In this document: positions 16,942-25,207 of the stretch, in pieces | Numbering within the stretch: position 1 is the first letter of the stretch | Layout: each line of letters starts with the position of its first letter | Virus record (IMG/VR): IMGVR_UViG_3300022670_000308 | Span: 1 to 43,534 of that record | DNA length: 43,534 nt | Direction: 5' to 3' (one strand) | Source of the DNA: a virus | Lineage: Duplodnaviria; Caudoviricetes | The notes under the pieces: generated by a model | The model's database searches: none | Seen by the model: the letters and a program-made list of their open reading frames with translations, nothing else | What the model was told of the DNA's origin: nothing | Position numbers and translations under genes: made by a program

Positions 16942-17468
16942 TTAATCCACCTTTCATTGTTCAGGTAGGTTGTTAAGTGCAAGGTGTCAAAACCTGGCTC
17001 TGATGCGCTTTTCTTAATGTCAGCAATAAACATTTCGGTTAATGTTTGGCATGTTTCATCTGTGTCACCGGCCAACATTGATTTGAATTTTAATAGTGCT
17101 TTAGGTTTTGCGCCCTTCTTGCCTTTGGCATCCCATAGAAAACCAAATTGTTCTTCTATGTTGCCCGGGTATGTTTTAGGCTTAGAACGCGCGACCTTTG
17201 TTTTTGGTGCGCCTGCATCGCTTGTACAGTACTTTTTAACCATCCTTTCAATTAAATAACTGCACGTTCTGTCATGGTTCATCATCAGAGAATTTAAAGA
17301 ATATGTAGACTCATCGCTTAATGTTAATAGAAAGCCATTATCAGAAAGAAACTTATCCATTATCTTGTCTAAGTACATGCTAGTACTGCTGTAACCTTCT
17401 AATAGCGCCTTTTCTGCTAGTCTTTTTACGTTGCCTTCTTTCAAATTATAACTTGTAACTTTTTTCAT
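16938..17468 (-). CDS. Putative replication-initiation/DNA-binding protein
   Basis: C-terminal F..LW...KK..K..A...F...HLTTYLNNERW pattern typical of phage replication proteins. Confidence 0.55.
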   Translation of the reverse strand: MKKVTSYNLKEGNVKRLAEKALLEGYSSTSMYLDKIMDKFLSDNGFLLTLSDESTYSLNSLMMNHDRTCSYLIERMVKKYCTSDAGAPKTKVARSKPKTYPGNIEEQFGFLWDAKGKKGAKPKALLKFKSMLAGDTDETCQTLTEMFIADIKKSASEPGFDTLHLTTYLNNERWIK

Positions 17469-17952
17469 AATATCTCCACATATTTTTAGTTGCTTGCTTT
17501 AGTATTGATGCGTAAACAAACCCATCGGATATGCTTATTTTTAGCTTTCTTGGTTTTCTTCTTCTGGTTATCGTGTTGTTCTTACCGTTTTTGTCGTTGA
17601 TTGTATAAATACCAAACAGGCAGTGTATTTTTGGCGCGGCCTTTTCGTAAATGCTTTCGGGAATTAAATAAGAGAAATAATTTACGAAATATTCGCCTTT
17701 TAATAATTGGTTTATCTTTGTAGATTTAAATTGCTCCTGCCCCAGGTCGTGAAGGCTTCTTTTAACCTCGATTTCATAGACATGTAAATTATCGTCTACA
17801 CATATTATGTCAGCCTCACACTTCCTATCAAATTCATACTTTTCTGATGGGTAGTAATAGTTAGGGCAAGTGCCAATGCCCCTAGCTATAGCGTACCTAG
17901 AAAAGCACAGTGTCATCCGCTCTGTTTGCTTTGACTTTTTACTTCTACCCAT
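17446..17952 (-). CDS. PD-(D/E)xK endonuclease (MmcB-like)
   Basis: EADII...YEIEVKRSLHDL motif. Confidence 0.7.
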   Translation of the reverse strand: MGRSKKSKQTERMTLCFSRYAIARGIGTCPNYYYPSEKYEFDRKCEADIICVDDNLHVYEIEVKRSLHDLGQEQFKSTKINQLLKGEYFVNYFSYLIPESIYEKAAPKIHCLFGIYTINDKNGKNNTITRRRKPRKLKISISDGFVYASILKQATKNMWRYYEKSYKL

Positions 17953-17982
17953 TGATAAACCTTAATTAATAACACTTGTTAT

Positions 17983-18011
17983 ATCTTAGTAAAACTTATT
18001 AAGTATGTCAA
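17983..18011 (-). promoter_or_regulatory. Sigma70-type promoter
   Basis: TTGACA-N17-TAAGAT. Confidence 0.7.
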
Positions 18012-18061
18012 TGTTTATTAGCAAGTCAAATAGGTGATCACTTGGATTTATATTCACCCAT

Positions 18062-18089
18062 AAAAAAGCCGCCATGAATAAGGGCGGCT
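18062..18089 (-). terminator. Intrinsic terminator
   Basis: GCCGCC stem followed by T6 on the minus strand. Confidence 0.75.
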
Positions 18090-18110
18090 AGTGTTTACCT
18101 TTGGTGGTGT

Positions 18111-18473
18111 TTAGAAAGGAATCCTATCCCGCTTAGATTTAGCCGCACTATCACGCCATTGCTTTTGCTGCTTAATTGTCGGGCGGCTGTATGCTTCGAA
18201 CCAGTCACCTTCCTTGTAAGGGTAGGGGTTTTTATAAACCCAACCTTCAAATTGATCAATAGGCTCAAGACCGTAAATTTCATATAGGTCGCGGTGGCAT
18301 TGCTCAGCGTCCCACGGATCTAATTGCCAAAACCAATTGTTATTAGGTAGCTTTGCCCGCCTTGCTTTTATTAGGTGGTATCCGTCACGCTGTACGTGCT
18401 CACCACCTTCGCAAGTATCTGTTATCCAGTATAGTTTGACCCAACATGTCCGGTATAGCTTAGGTAGGTCCAT
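18111..18473 (-). CDS. Hypothetical protein
   Basis: 120-aa Trp-rich ORF in operon. Confidence 0.6.
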   Translation of the reverse strand: MDLPKLYRTCWVKLYWITDTCEGGEHVQRDGYHLIKARRAKLPNNNWFWQLDPWDAEQCHRDLYEIYGLEPIDQFEGWVYKNPYPYKEGDWFEAYSRPTIKQQKQWRDSAAKSKRDRIPF

Positions 18474-18474
18474 C

Positions 18475-18705
18475 TTAATTCCTTACCGGAAAATTAACCG
18501 GATCAGCATCTGTAAATATAAAGTTAAAATCTCCGTCAATAAAGTAAGCCCACTTGTTAAAGTCGAAATCTTCCTCTAAGTATCCACTGCCCCAATACAA
18601 CTCGGGTGGCTCGCCTAATATCTCGCCGTTTTCGTCCCTGCTAAAACTGACAAAAATAGATAAGCCTAAGTCTTCGTGCCAATCGCCTGAGGGTTTTAGC
18701 TTCAT
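18475..18705 (-). CDS. Hypothetical protein
   Basis: Acidic 76-aa ORF in operon. Confidence 0.6.
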   Translation of the reverse strand: MKLKPSGDWHEDLGLSIFVSFSRDENGEILGEPPELYWGSGYLEEDFDFNKWAYFIDGDFNFIFTDADPVNFPVRN

Positions 18706-18707
18706 GA

Positions 18708-18917
18708 TTATACGACCTTATTAGTCTGGTTGGTGAATAGCTCAAGCTTATCGTGATCATTGCCCTTTGTTACCCTAACAAAGTGAAACTCTCCTGATTC
18801 GTCGCCCATGTACTTTCTGACCGTGTTTCTGTTGACACCCAACTCACGAGTTAAAAAAGTTTGGTTTTGACGAAAAAGCCTTGTGTTCAGTAAATCTGCA
18901 ATAGTAGTGGTTACCAT
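18708..18917 (-). CDS. ninH: NinH-like HTH protein
   Basis: TIADLL...NQT...RELGVNRNTVRKY..D....H resembles lambdoid NinH. Confidence 0.75.
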   Translation of the reverse strand: MVTTTIADLLNTRLFRQNQTFLTRELGVNRNTVRKYMGDESGEFHFVRVTKGNDHDKLELFTNQTNKVV

Positions 18918-18948
18918 TTTTTACGCCTTGTTTAATTAATCTATAAAC

Positions 18949-18993
18949 ATTTTATGACTATTTACTAGACATTGCAAGTTTTTTGTTTATACT
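18949..18993. promoter_or_regulatory. Overlapping divergent promoters
   Basis: TAGACA-N16-TATACT on plus and TTGCAA-N17-TAAAAT on minus. Confidence 0.55.
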
Positions 18994-19036
18994 TGTTGGC
19001 AGTTAAACAAATCAACCAAACCAAAGGAAAGCAATA

Positions 19037-19405
19037 ATGAAATTAGATGTTAACGAAATAGAAATAAACGGCGAAGTGTATATTAAGAAATCAGGCATTA
19101 AGAGCGTCGACCAACCTAAAGGTGACTACGTTGTTATTCGCACATATAGCGCAGGCGTTCATGCAGGATACCTAAAATCAAGAGAAGGAAAAGAGGTTGT
19201 TCTAACTAATTCGCGCCGCCTATGGTACTGGAAAGGTGCAGCTTCACTATCTCAGGTAGCTGGTTCTGGAATAGCAAATATAGACGCTTGTAAATTCCCC
19301 GCTGCAATTGCTGAAATAACACTATTAGAAGTTATTGAAGTGATCCCTTGCACTGATAATGCCAAGAAAATAATAGAAGGTGCAAAAGAATGGATCGAAA
19401 AATAA
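19037..19405 (+). CDS. Conserved phage protein (DUF6948-like)
   Basis: YVVIRTYSAGVHAG...SRRLWYWKGAASLSQVA...EVIEVIPC. Confidence 0.75.
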   Translation: MKLDVNEIEINGEVYIKKSGIKSVDQPKGDYVVIRTYSAGVHAGYLKSREGKEVVLTNSRRLWYWKGAASLSQVAGSGIANIDACKFPAAIAEITLLEVIEVIPCTDNAKKIIEGAKEWIEK

Positions 19406-19650
19406 GCGACCGAGATAAAAGAGGCGATGGCTCTGGCTCTGGCTCTGGCTATGGCTCTGGCTCTGGCTATGGCTCTGGCTCTGGCTATGGCTCTGGCTCT
19501 GGCTATGGCTCTGGCTATGGCTATGGCTCTGGCGATGGCTATGGCTCTGGCTCTGGCTATGGCTCTGGCTCTGGCGATGGCTCTGGCTCTGGCTCTGGCG
19601 ATGGCTCTGGCTCTGGCTCTGGCTCTGGCTATGGCTCTGGCTCTGGCTAA
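19390..19650 (+). CDS. Gly-rich (Gly-X)n protein
   Basis: 75 residues of G-S/G-Y/G-D after a short charged leader. Confidence 0.65.
   Translation: MDRKISDRDKRGDGSGSGSGYGSGSGYGSGSGYGSGSGYGSGYGYGSGDGYGSGSGYGSGSGDGSGSGSGDGSGSGSGSGYGSGSG
19423..19647 (+). repeat. Hexanucleotide tandem array (GGCTCT/GGCTAT/GGCGAT, 37.5 units)
   Basis: Directly visible in the sequence. Confidence 0.95.
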
Positions 19651-19718
19651 CCAGCAATAACTAATTAATTAAATCATGCGACCTATAGGGTCGCAATAAA
19701 CAAGGCAGAGTAATAATA

Positions 19719-20249
19719 ATGGAAAATGATTTATGGAGAACGCCGACAGAAGTATTCAACACACTTGATCTTGAGTTTAACTTTTATGCTGACATGGCTG
19801 CAACTGAACATAATGCGCTGTGTAGGGTGTTTTTTAATGAGGCAGATGACAGTTTAAGTTTTGACTGGGCTGAAAGACTAAGTTCTCAATACCCAACTGA
19901 TAAAAATAAATATGTTTGGCTAAACCCTCCTTATTCAAATCCCATGCCGTGGGTTAAACAAGTTATTAAGGCGCAATTAAATGGTCTTGGCACTGTCATG
20001 CTTCTTAACTCTGACACTAGCGTTGGATGGTTTGCTGAGGCACTTAAGGGCGTTAGCGAAATACGAAACTTGATCGGCGAGGCCAAAGAATTTGGTACCG
20101 GATACCATAGCGGGAGATTGGCATTCTTAAATGACCTGGGTGAGCCGGTTAGCGGGAATAGTAAACCGCAATGTGTGCTTGTATTCAATCCGTTTAAAAT
20201 CGGTGAGCAGGTTACAACATACGTTAAGCGTTCAGAGTTTTATAAATAG
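19719..20249 (+). CDS. dam: Phage DNA N6-adenine methyltransferase (Dam family)
   Basis: DLWRTP, F.AD.AA and VWLNPPYS motifs. Confidence 0.9.
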   Translation: MENDLWRTPTEVFNTLDLEFNFYADMAATEHNALCRVFFNEADDSLSFDWAERLSSQYPTDKNKYVWLNPPYSNPMPWVKQVIKAQLNGLGTVMLLNSDTSVGWFAEALKGVSEIRNLIGEAKEFGTGYHSGRLAFLNDLGEPVSGNSKPQCVLVFNPFKIGEQVTTYVKRSEFYK

Positions 20250-20256
20250 CGCGCAT

Positions 20257-20288
20257 AAAAAAGCCGCTAGGGGTGAGTTAGCGGCTTT
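20257..20288. terminator. Bidirectional intrinsic terminator
   Basis: AAAAAAGCCGCTA...TAGCGGCTTT between convergent genes. Confidence 0.75.
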
Positions 20289-20363
20289 CAACAAGGATAA
20301 TAACAAAGGGTAAAGAGTGCAACAAGGGTGTTCGTGTATTCGACATAGGGTGATATTAGCCCA

Positions 20364-20893
20364 TTATTGTTTACCGGTCAATCTATGATTCTTCTCGCTG
20401 CTCGATCTGGTTGTGCCGTACCCTTCTTGATGTTTTATTGCCGACATTTCGTAACACTGCGAAGCCTCTAATTCAGTATGAAAAAGCCCTAAATGAATCG
20501 CCTTACCTCTTATCGTTATTCTTGCTCTGAATCTTGATTTTGACTTCATAAAATCAACGCCTTTACTTTTATATATTGAGTTCTTTTTGGATGTTGTATT
20601 GCATTGATTTTGAAACTTGTCGCATGACCTGAGATTTACTAAGGAATTGTTATCCTTAACCCTATCTACGTGGTCGATTTCGCAAATAGGCCACTCACCA
20701 TAAGAGTAAAGCCAAGCAAGTCTGTGCGCGTAATATTTTTTAGATAAAACCCTTATCGATACATACCCAGAAGTTGACTTGTATCCTGCCACATCACCTA
20801 CCTTCACCTTTCCACAAATAGACTTTTCTCTTGTGAATTCACCAGTGATCTCGTTGTATTTCAAGTGCTCTTTTAGTGTTTTTGAGTTAACAT
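20364..20893 (-). CDS. HNH-AP2 homing endonuclease, with a 1-nt frameshift after codon 5
   Basis: YAHRLAW, EIDHVDRVKDNNSLVNLR and C-terminal AP2 (RARI...HLGLF); the RBS-led ATG at 20893 is out of frame. Confidence 0.85.
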
Positions 20894-20898
20894 TGTAA

Positions 20899-20993
20899 CC
20901 TCGTTAGTGGTCAGTCGTTACTGAATGGTTTTGCGCCAATCAAGGTAACGAATCTTGACTTTCACCCGCTAAAGCTAGGCGCAACTTATTGTA
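20899..20993 (-). ncRNA. C4-like cloverleaf leader RNA with downstream antisense target sites
   Basis: TTGCGCC/GGCGCAA closing stem; loop TCGTTAC is complementary to two TAACGA sites, one on the RBS; extended -10 TGaTACAAT. Confidence 0.6.
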
Positions 20994-21001
20994 TCACCTT
21001 T

Positions 21002-21496
21002 TTATCTTTTCATCATTTCTGTTTTTATCTGACTGCTTCTGGTGCTCCCATACCAAAAACCCATCGAGTTAGACCACTCTTTTACCACCACACCTAAAAG
21101 CATAAATAAAACCTCCCTGGCTCCCGTTGGTGGCTCAAAAGAGAATAATGATACGACTATGCCAATTATAAACATAGTCATCATAACAGACAGTACAGCA
21201 GGCATTTTTGAGTGTTTATGCTCTGCCCTGGCGCTTTGCTTATCTTCTGCCTCGATCTTGAATACGTCAACGCCCAGGCTGGCCATGTGCTTTTTAAAAT
21301 CTAAGTCCATAGCTTTAAGTTCGGTTAGTTGATCGGGGCTTGCACCAAGTACAGCCGATTCAATTTGTTCTATGCTGGCGCTTTCGTCACCAAGTAAATT
21401 GGCCGCTATGAACTTGGTTGCTGCACCAGCTAGTGGGCCGCCTATTGCTGTAGCCAATGCAGGTGCTATTGATCCTAGAGTTTTCAGCCAATCCAT
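21002..21496 (-). CDS. Holin-like membrane protein
   Basis: MDWLKTL..IAPALATAIGGPLAG N-terminus, two C-terminal TMs, FWYGST..SQ.K. Confidence 0.7.
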   Translation of the reverse strand: MDWLKTLGSIAPALATAIGGPLAGAATKFIAANLLGDESASIEQIESAVLGASPDQLTELKAMDLDFKKHMASLGVDVFKIEAEDKQSARAEHKHSKMPAVLSVMMTMFIIGIVVSLFSFEPPTGAREVLFMLLGVVVKEWSNSMGFWYGSTRSSQIKTEMMKR

Positions 21497-21572
21497 ATTG
21501 TGATACTCGCTATTTGTTTGAGGGTTAATTGTACACTGTTTTAAATAAATGATAAATACCACTCATTAACAC

Positions 21573-21601
21573 TTGACTAGTTGACAGTTGATGGGTACTA
21601 T
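21573..21601 (+). promoter_or_regulatory. Sigma70-type promoter
   Basis: TTGACT-N17-TACTAT. Confidence 0.55.
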
Positions 21602-21742
21602 TAACTTTCCAGTAAAGAAGTGTTTAGGAATTTATAACGTCAAGCAACCGAGGATATAACAATGCAATAGGCGAATAAAGAGCGCCCTGGTTAAGCCCCT
21701 TTGACGGGGCTTAGTTGGTAGTATTATCAAATAAGGAAAGGC

Positions 21743-21952
21743 ATGCTAAATTTATTATTCAGTCAATTATCTAATTCAGAAAATCAACACCAAGCAATAT
21801 CATCAGGCGCTTGCTTAATCGTTAAGAAGAACCAGGCGCGAAAGTCAGAAGTTGAATGCCTATTGATCAACGTAACAGGATTAACACCTGAGTCAATAAA
21901 CGACATTGCTCAGGCATCAGTAAAGGCCGTAAGCGCGGCAAAGGGTGAGTGA
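21743..21952 (+). CDS. Hypothetical protein
   Basis: TAAGGA RBS. Confidence 0.55.
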   Translation: MLNLLFSQLSNSENQHQAISSGACLIVKKNQARKSEVECLLINVTGLTPESINDIAQASVKAVSAAKGE

Positions 21953-22239
21953 GAAAATACAAGATTTATGTTTTTACCGCGCTACAGACCGTACTTTATG
22001 GCATTGCAAAGTAACACATAAGTGCATTTACCTTGTCAAAACTCTTAAGTTTTAGCAAGATTGATGTTTGTTAAATATCATCAACAATTTACGATTTGAT
22101 TTGGTGTGACACAAGGCACAAATCATTAATTAACTATAATCATTCTGTCATGTAAATTGTCAGAATAACCGAGTCTCACAAGGTAATTAATCAACAACCG
22201 ACATAATCAATCAAGGTTATGCCATAAGGGGAATAGAAA

Positions 22240-22476
22240 GTGAATGAACTTACATCAAGTGAAAAAATAATTAAAAATGCAAAAATCATAATGAAGTGTT
22301 CTGGTGTAGATTGTGAAGACCTAAGCGAAGAACGTGCGCTAAAGGTTCTTAGTGTGGCAACTGGTGTTGTTCGGCACTTTAATCCTATTAGCATATTAAC
22401 CTCTGATGGCTCAGTTGTTGGTACCATTAAAAGAGACTCGTTTTTACAGGCTCAATTAGCGATTTTAATTAGATAA
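22240..22476 (+). CDS. Hypothetical protein
   Basis: GTG start with AAGGGG RBS. Confidence 0.55.
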   Translation: MNELTSSEKIIKNAKIIMKCSGVDCEDLSEERALKVLSVATGVVRHFNPISILTSDGSVVGTIKRDSFLQAQLAILIR

Positions 22477-22641
22477 GAGGAATGACAATGACGACAATAT
22501 ATGAAGTGTGGATCAAGGAAGTTTACCGGGTAATTATCTTAAGGTTTAAAGGCAATGATGTTAATTATTTTAAGGAAAAGACTGATTGGCGTAGGCATTA
22601 CGATAACAGATTGAGTGCACATGAAGCGGTGACGATCTCTT

Positions 22642-23109
22642 GTGGCTGCTAATAAGCCGCCGATGAAAAACTTCGCTTTGTCACTAACGTCAAAGCGAGA
22701 GTTTGACGAAATCATTAATAAACTGTTATCCGAGAATCCTAGCCAGGCTCTGTACGTCAATATAACCGAGAAGAAAAAGAAACGCTCACTATCTGCTAAT
22801 GCGCAACAATTTCTCTGGTATGGGCAGATTAGCGAGTTCTCAGCTACCGATATAAAGACATGCGAGGCTGAATGTAAAATCGATTTTGGATTGCCGATTA
22901 TATTGTCAGATCCAGAGGTTGGCCGGGTCATTGGTTACGCGCTTGAGAATGCGAAGTTTTTTAGCATGCAGAGAGAGCAGCAAGTTAAATTCATTCAGAT
23001 TATTCAAATTACCAGTCTAATGAACACGAAGCAGCACAATCAGTACCGTGAAAACATTTTGTATTTTTGGAATCAGGCCGGTTTAAATATAGGGTATAAG
23101 GATTGGTAA
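22642..23109 (+). CDS. ninB: NinB-like recombination protein
   Basis: KKRSLSANA...W...IS and TSLMNTKQ...Y.E.I motifs. Confidence 0.7.
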   Translation: MAANKPPMKNFALSLTSKREFDEIINKLLSENPSQALYVNITEKKKKRSLSANAQQFLWYGQISEFSATDIKTCEAECKIDFGLPIILSDPEVGRVIGYALENAKFFSMQREQQVKFIQIIQITSLMNTKQHNQYRENILYFWNQAGLNIGYKDW

Positions 23110-23312
23110 TGGATGTAATAAATTATTTAAAGGCTGTCGACTATGATTATTTACCTTGCGCTAAGGGTGATGGTGTTACAGATGATAAATGGGTTATACA
23201 GCAAAGGCTTTATGCTGGTTTAGAATGCCTTAAATCTACAGTTGGCAGTTGCTACCTTTTAAATAAACCTGTCGTACTTAGAGATAAACAATCATTAAAA
23301 GTAAATAAATAA
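23103..23312 (+). CDS. Small protein with tailspike-type AKGDGVTDD motif
   Basis: Motif typical of the cap of pectate-lyase-like beta-helices. Confidence 0.5.
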   Translation: MVMDVINYLKAVDYDYLPCAKGDGVTDDKWVIQQRLYAGLECLKSTVGSCYLLNKPVVLRDKQSLKVNK

Positions 23313-23481
23313 TATGAATGATGAATTTAATTTATGGTACAAAAGGCTAGAAGTTTATTTTGAAAATCGAGACGTTGATTGGAATGAAGGCCCATATGAC
23401 TGGTGTTCTAAAGAAGAATGGAAAGTTCACTTTGATAATCAGTTAACGCCTAACCAAGCATATATAGAGGAATGTTAAATA

Positions 23482-23715
23482 ATGTCAATACATAAACTTG
23501 ATAATGGAACGTGTGTTATTGGTGCTAGCGGTATATGGCTTGCTGGTTGCTATGAGGACGAAAGAGCGGCTAGGTTTGCTTTTAGGGTTTCAGATGATAC
23601 AAAGGTCACTTTAAGGGATGCAGCAATAGCTAGAGGTGATGGGGTTATTACATGGAGAGATATTAGCGATATCCGGAGGAGGCTGAATAATGAAAGAATA
23701 CATACGAAAATTTAG
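23482..23715 (+). CDS. Hypothetical protein
   Basis: ORF in operon. Confidence 0.6.
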   Translation: MSIHKLDNGTCVIGASGIWLAGCYEDERAARFAFRVSDDTKVTLRDAAIARGDGVITWRDISDIRRRLNNERIHTKI

Positions 23716-23862
23716 GAAAAGCAGCGGTGTAATGCAAATGAACGCGATTGATTTTTACAAAGAGAATGGAAAAATAATAGAGCATTCTTGGGAAAATGGC
23801 GGAGAGAGTAAAAAAGAAGTTGACAAAGTTCCTGATGAAATTGAAGGGTATAAGGTTATAAG

Positions 23863-24075
23863 ATGAATGACATAAATAAACTTAAAAATTTATTAACAGA
23901 ATTTAATGTTGAGTATACAGTTAATAAGCATAGATCTCACCAACTAGCATCCAAAAAAGAGACACATATTGAGTGCTTATCTAATGATAAAAACGTTAGT
24001 GGTTATGAGTATTTTTATACAGCGTTTGCGTTCGATGAAAATGGTAAGTTTCTTTATATGGGAGCATGGGAATGA
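23863..24075 (+). CDS. Hypothetical protein
   Basis: ORF ending FAFDENGKFLYMGAWE. Confidence 0.6.
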   Translation: MNDINKLKNLLTEFNVEYTVNKHRSHQLASKKETHIECLSNDKNVSGYEYFYTAFAFDENGKFLYMGAWE

Positions 24076-24269
24076 CTATACCAAAACACCCAGTTAGATA
24101 CGACAAGTCAGACGAAAGCCTTATTGATGCTGATAACAATTTACTTTTACAAATTGCATTTGAAACAAACAGAGAATATCACGACACTGTGTGTATTGAC
24201 TTAGGTTACATAGAAAAAGCAATCAATTTCTACGAAGAAAACAAGCATGCAATTAATAAAGAGGATTAG
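24066..24269 (+). CDS. Hypothetical protein
   Basis: Coupled ORF. Confidence 0.55.
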   Translation: MGMTIPKHPVRYDKSDESLIDADNNLLLQIAFETNREYHDTVCIDLGYIEKAINFYEENKHAINKED

Positions 24270-24271
24270 TA

Positions 24272-24646
24272 ATGGCAATGAAGAAAGCGAATGCAGTACA
24301 AAAGAAATGGATGGACGACATAACTGAATGGGCTTATGACTACATGAGGTTTCTATATGGAACATATTGGAAATCTGGTGAGTTTCAGCGTCATCATGTA
24401 GTTGGCAGGAGCGCAAAACAGAACAAAGTACCAATCGGTCATTATTTTATCTTGCCAGTGCCTTTTAAGCTACACGACGTGAGCAGCGATCATCCGCTTA
24501 ATGTAACTCATAGAAAAAAAGCTTTCACGGCTAAATTTGGAATGCAGCGCGACTTGTTTGCTACTATGTATCATTCAATGATGGAGCAAGGTTATAAAGT
24601 TCCGTCTATTGAGGTTTTTAACGCGATCATGAGTACCTACGAATGA
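24272..24646 (+). CDS. HNH-fold nuclease (Ref/DUF968-like)
   Basis: HHVVG...HYFILP...LH...HRKKAFTAKFG.Q.DL. Confidence 0.6.
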   Translation: MAMKKANAVQKKWMDDITEWAYDYMRFLYGTYWKSGEFQRHHVVGRSAKQNKVPIGHYFILPVPFKLHDVSSDHPLNVTHRKKAFTAKFGMQRDLFATMYHSMMEQGYKVPSIEVFNAIMSTYE

Positions 24647-24933
24647 GTTTTAGGCGCGCCGCAAAGGTCGATGACAACCAGGGCGAGATAGTTAAGTTGT
24701 TTCGCAAGCTTGGTTGGACTGTTTTGATTATCAGCCAGTTAAAAAACTGCTGCGATATAATTGTTAGTAAGAATGGCAGAACTGTAGCTGTGGAAATAAA
24801 GGACGGGGCTAAGCCCCCAAGCCAGCGCAAGCTATCTGATGGTGAAATCAAGTTCCGAGATAATTGGCAAGGTGAGTATTCACTAGTTATATGCAACGAT
24901 GATGTTATCAATATGGACAAGGGGTTAAAATGA
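24643..24933 (+). CDS. VRR-NUC-like PD-(D/E)xK nuclease
   Basis: RRAAKVDDNQGEIV...DIIV...VEIKDG.K..SQRKL. Confidence 0.8.
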   Translation: MSFRRAAKVDDNQGEIVKLFRKLGWTVLIISQLKNCCDIIVSKNGRTVAVEIKDGAKPPSQRKLSDGEIKFRDNWQGEYSLVICNDDVINMDKGLK

Positions 24934-25175
24934 CTTTTCACAGAACAAAAGAAATGACTTGGTATAAAAAGCTAGAATTCTCAAATGATTTACTAGGCAC
25001 CGAGGTAAGTGTGGTAATCATGTCTGGTGCAAGCTGTCGTGGGTTTGAGGTTGGAGAGGTGTACAAAGGAAAGCTTAAGAGTAAGGTTGACTGGATGGTG
25101 GGCTGTCCAGTTTTTGAATGCAAAACAGAAATGCTTGGCCTGGGTTATGAGTGCTATCTTGTTGAAAAAGTTTGA
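24930..25175 (+). CDS. Hypothetical protein
   Basis: Coupled ORF ending before the terminator. Confidence 0.55.
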   Translation: MTFHRTKEMTWYKKLEFSNDLLGTEVSVVIMSGASCRGFEVGEVYKGKLKSKVDWMVGCPVFECKTEMLGLGYECYLVEKV

Positions 25176-25206
25176 CCGGGTTAGCGTATGTAACCCGGCT
25201 TTCTTT
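25176..25206. terminator. Intrinsic terminator between convergent early and late operons
   Basis: CCGGGTTA/TAACCCGG stem flanked by A- and T-rich tracts. Confidence 0.75.
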
Positions 25207-25207
25207 G

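Noticed and set aside
19325-19660. Alternative ORFs MALALA... (+) and SQSHSQ... (-) over the hexamer array; array as a CRISPR
   Set aside because: These are stop-free by-products of the 6-nt repeat, and there are no unique spacers. The Gly frame is preferred because it is coupled to the upstream gene and stops at the array end.
19677-19696. TGCGACC as an antisense target of the tRNA-like loop GGTCGCA
   Set aside because: A single 7-nt match is expected by chance in 43 kb, and it is sequestered in its own hairpin.
22482-22652. ORF beginning MTMTTIYE as a third Ntn peptidase
   Set aside because: It is under 60 aa and lacks the DSR and GSG motifs.
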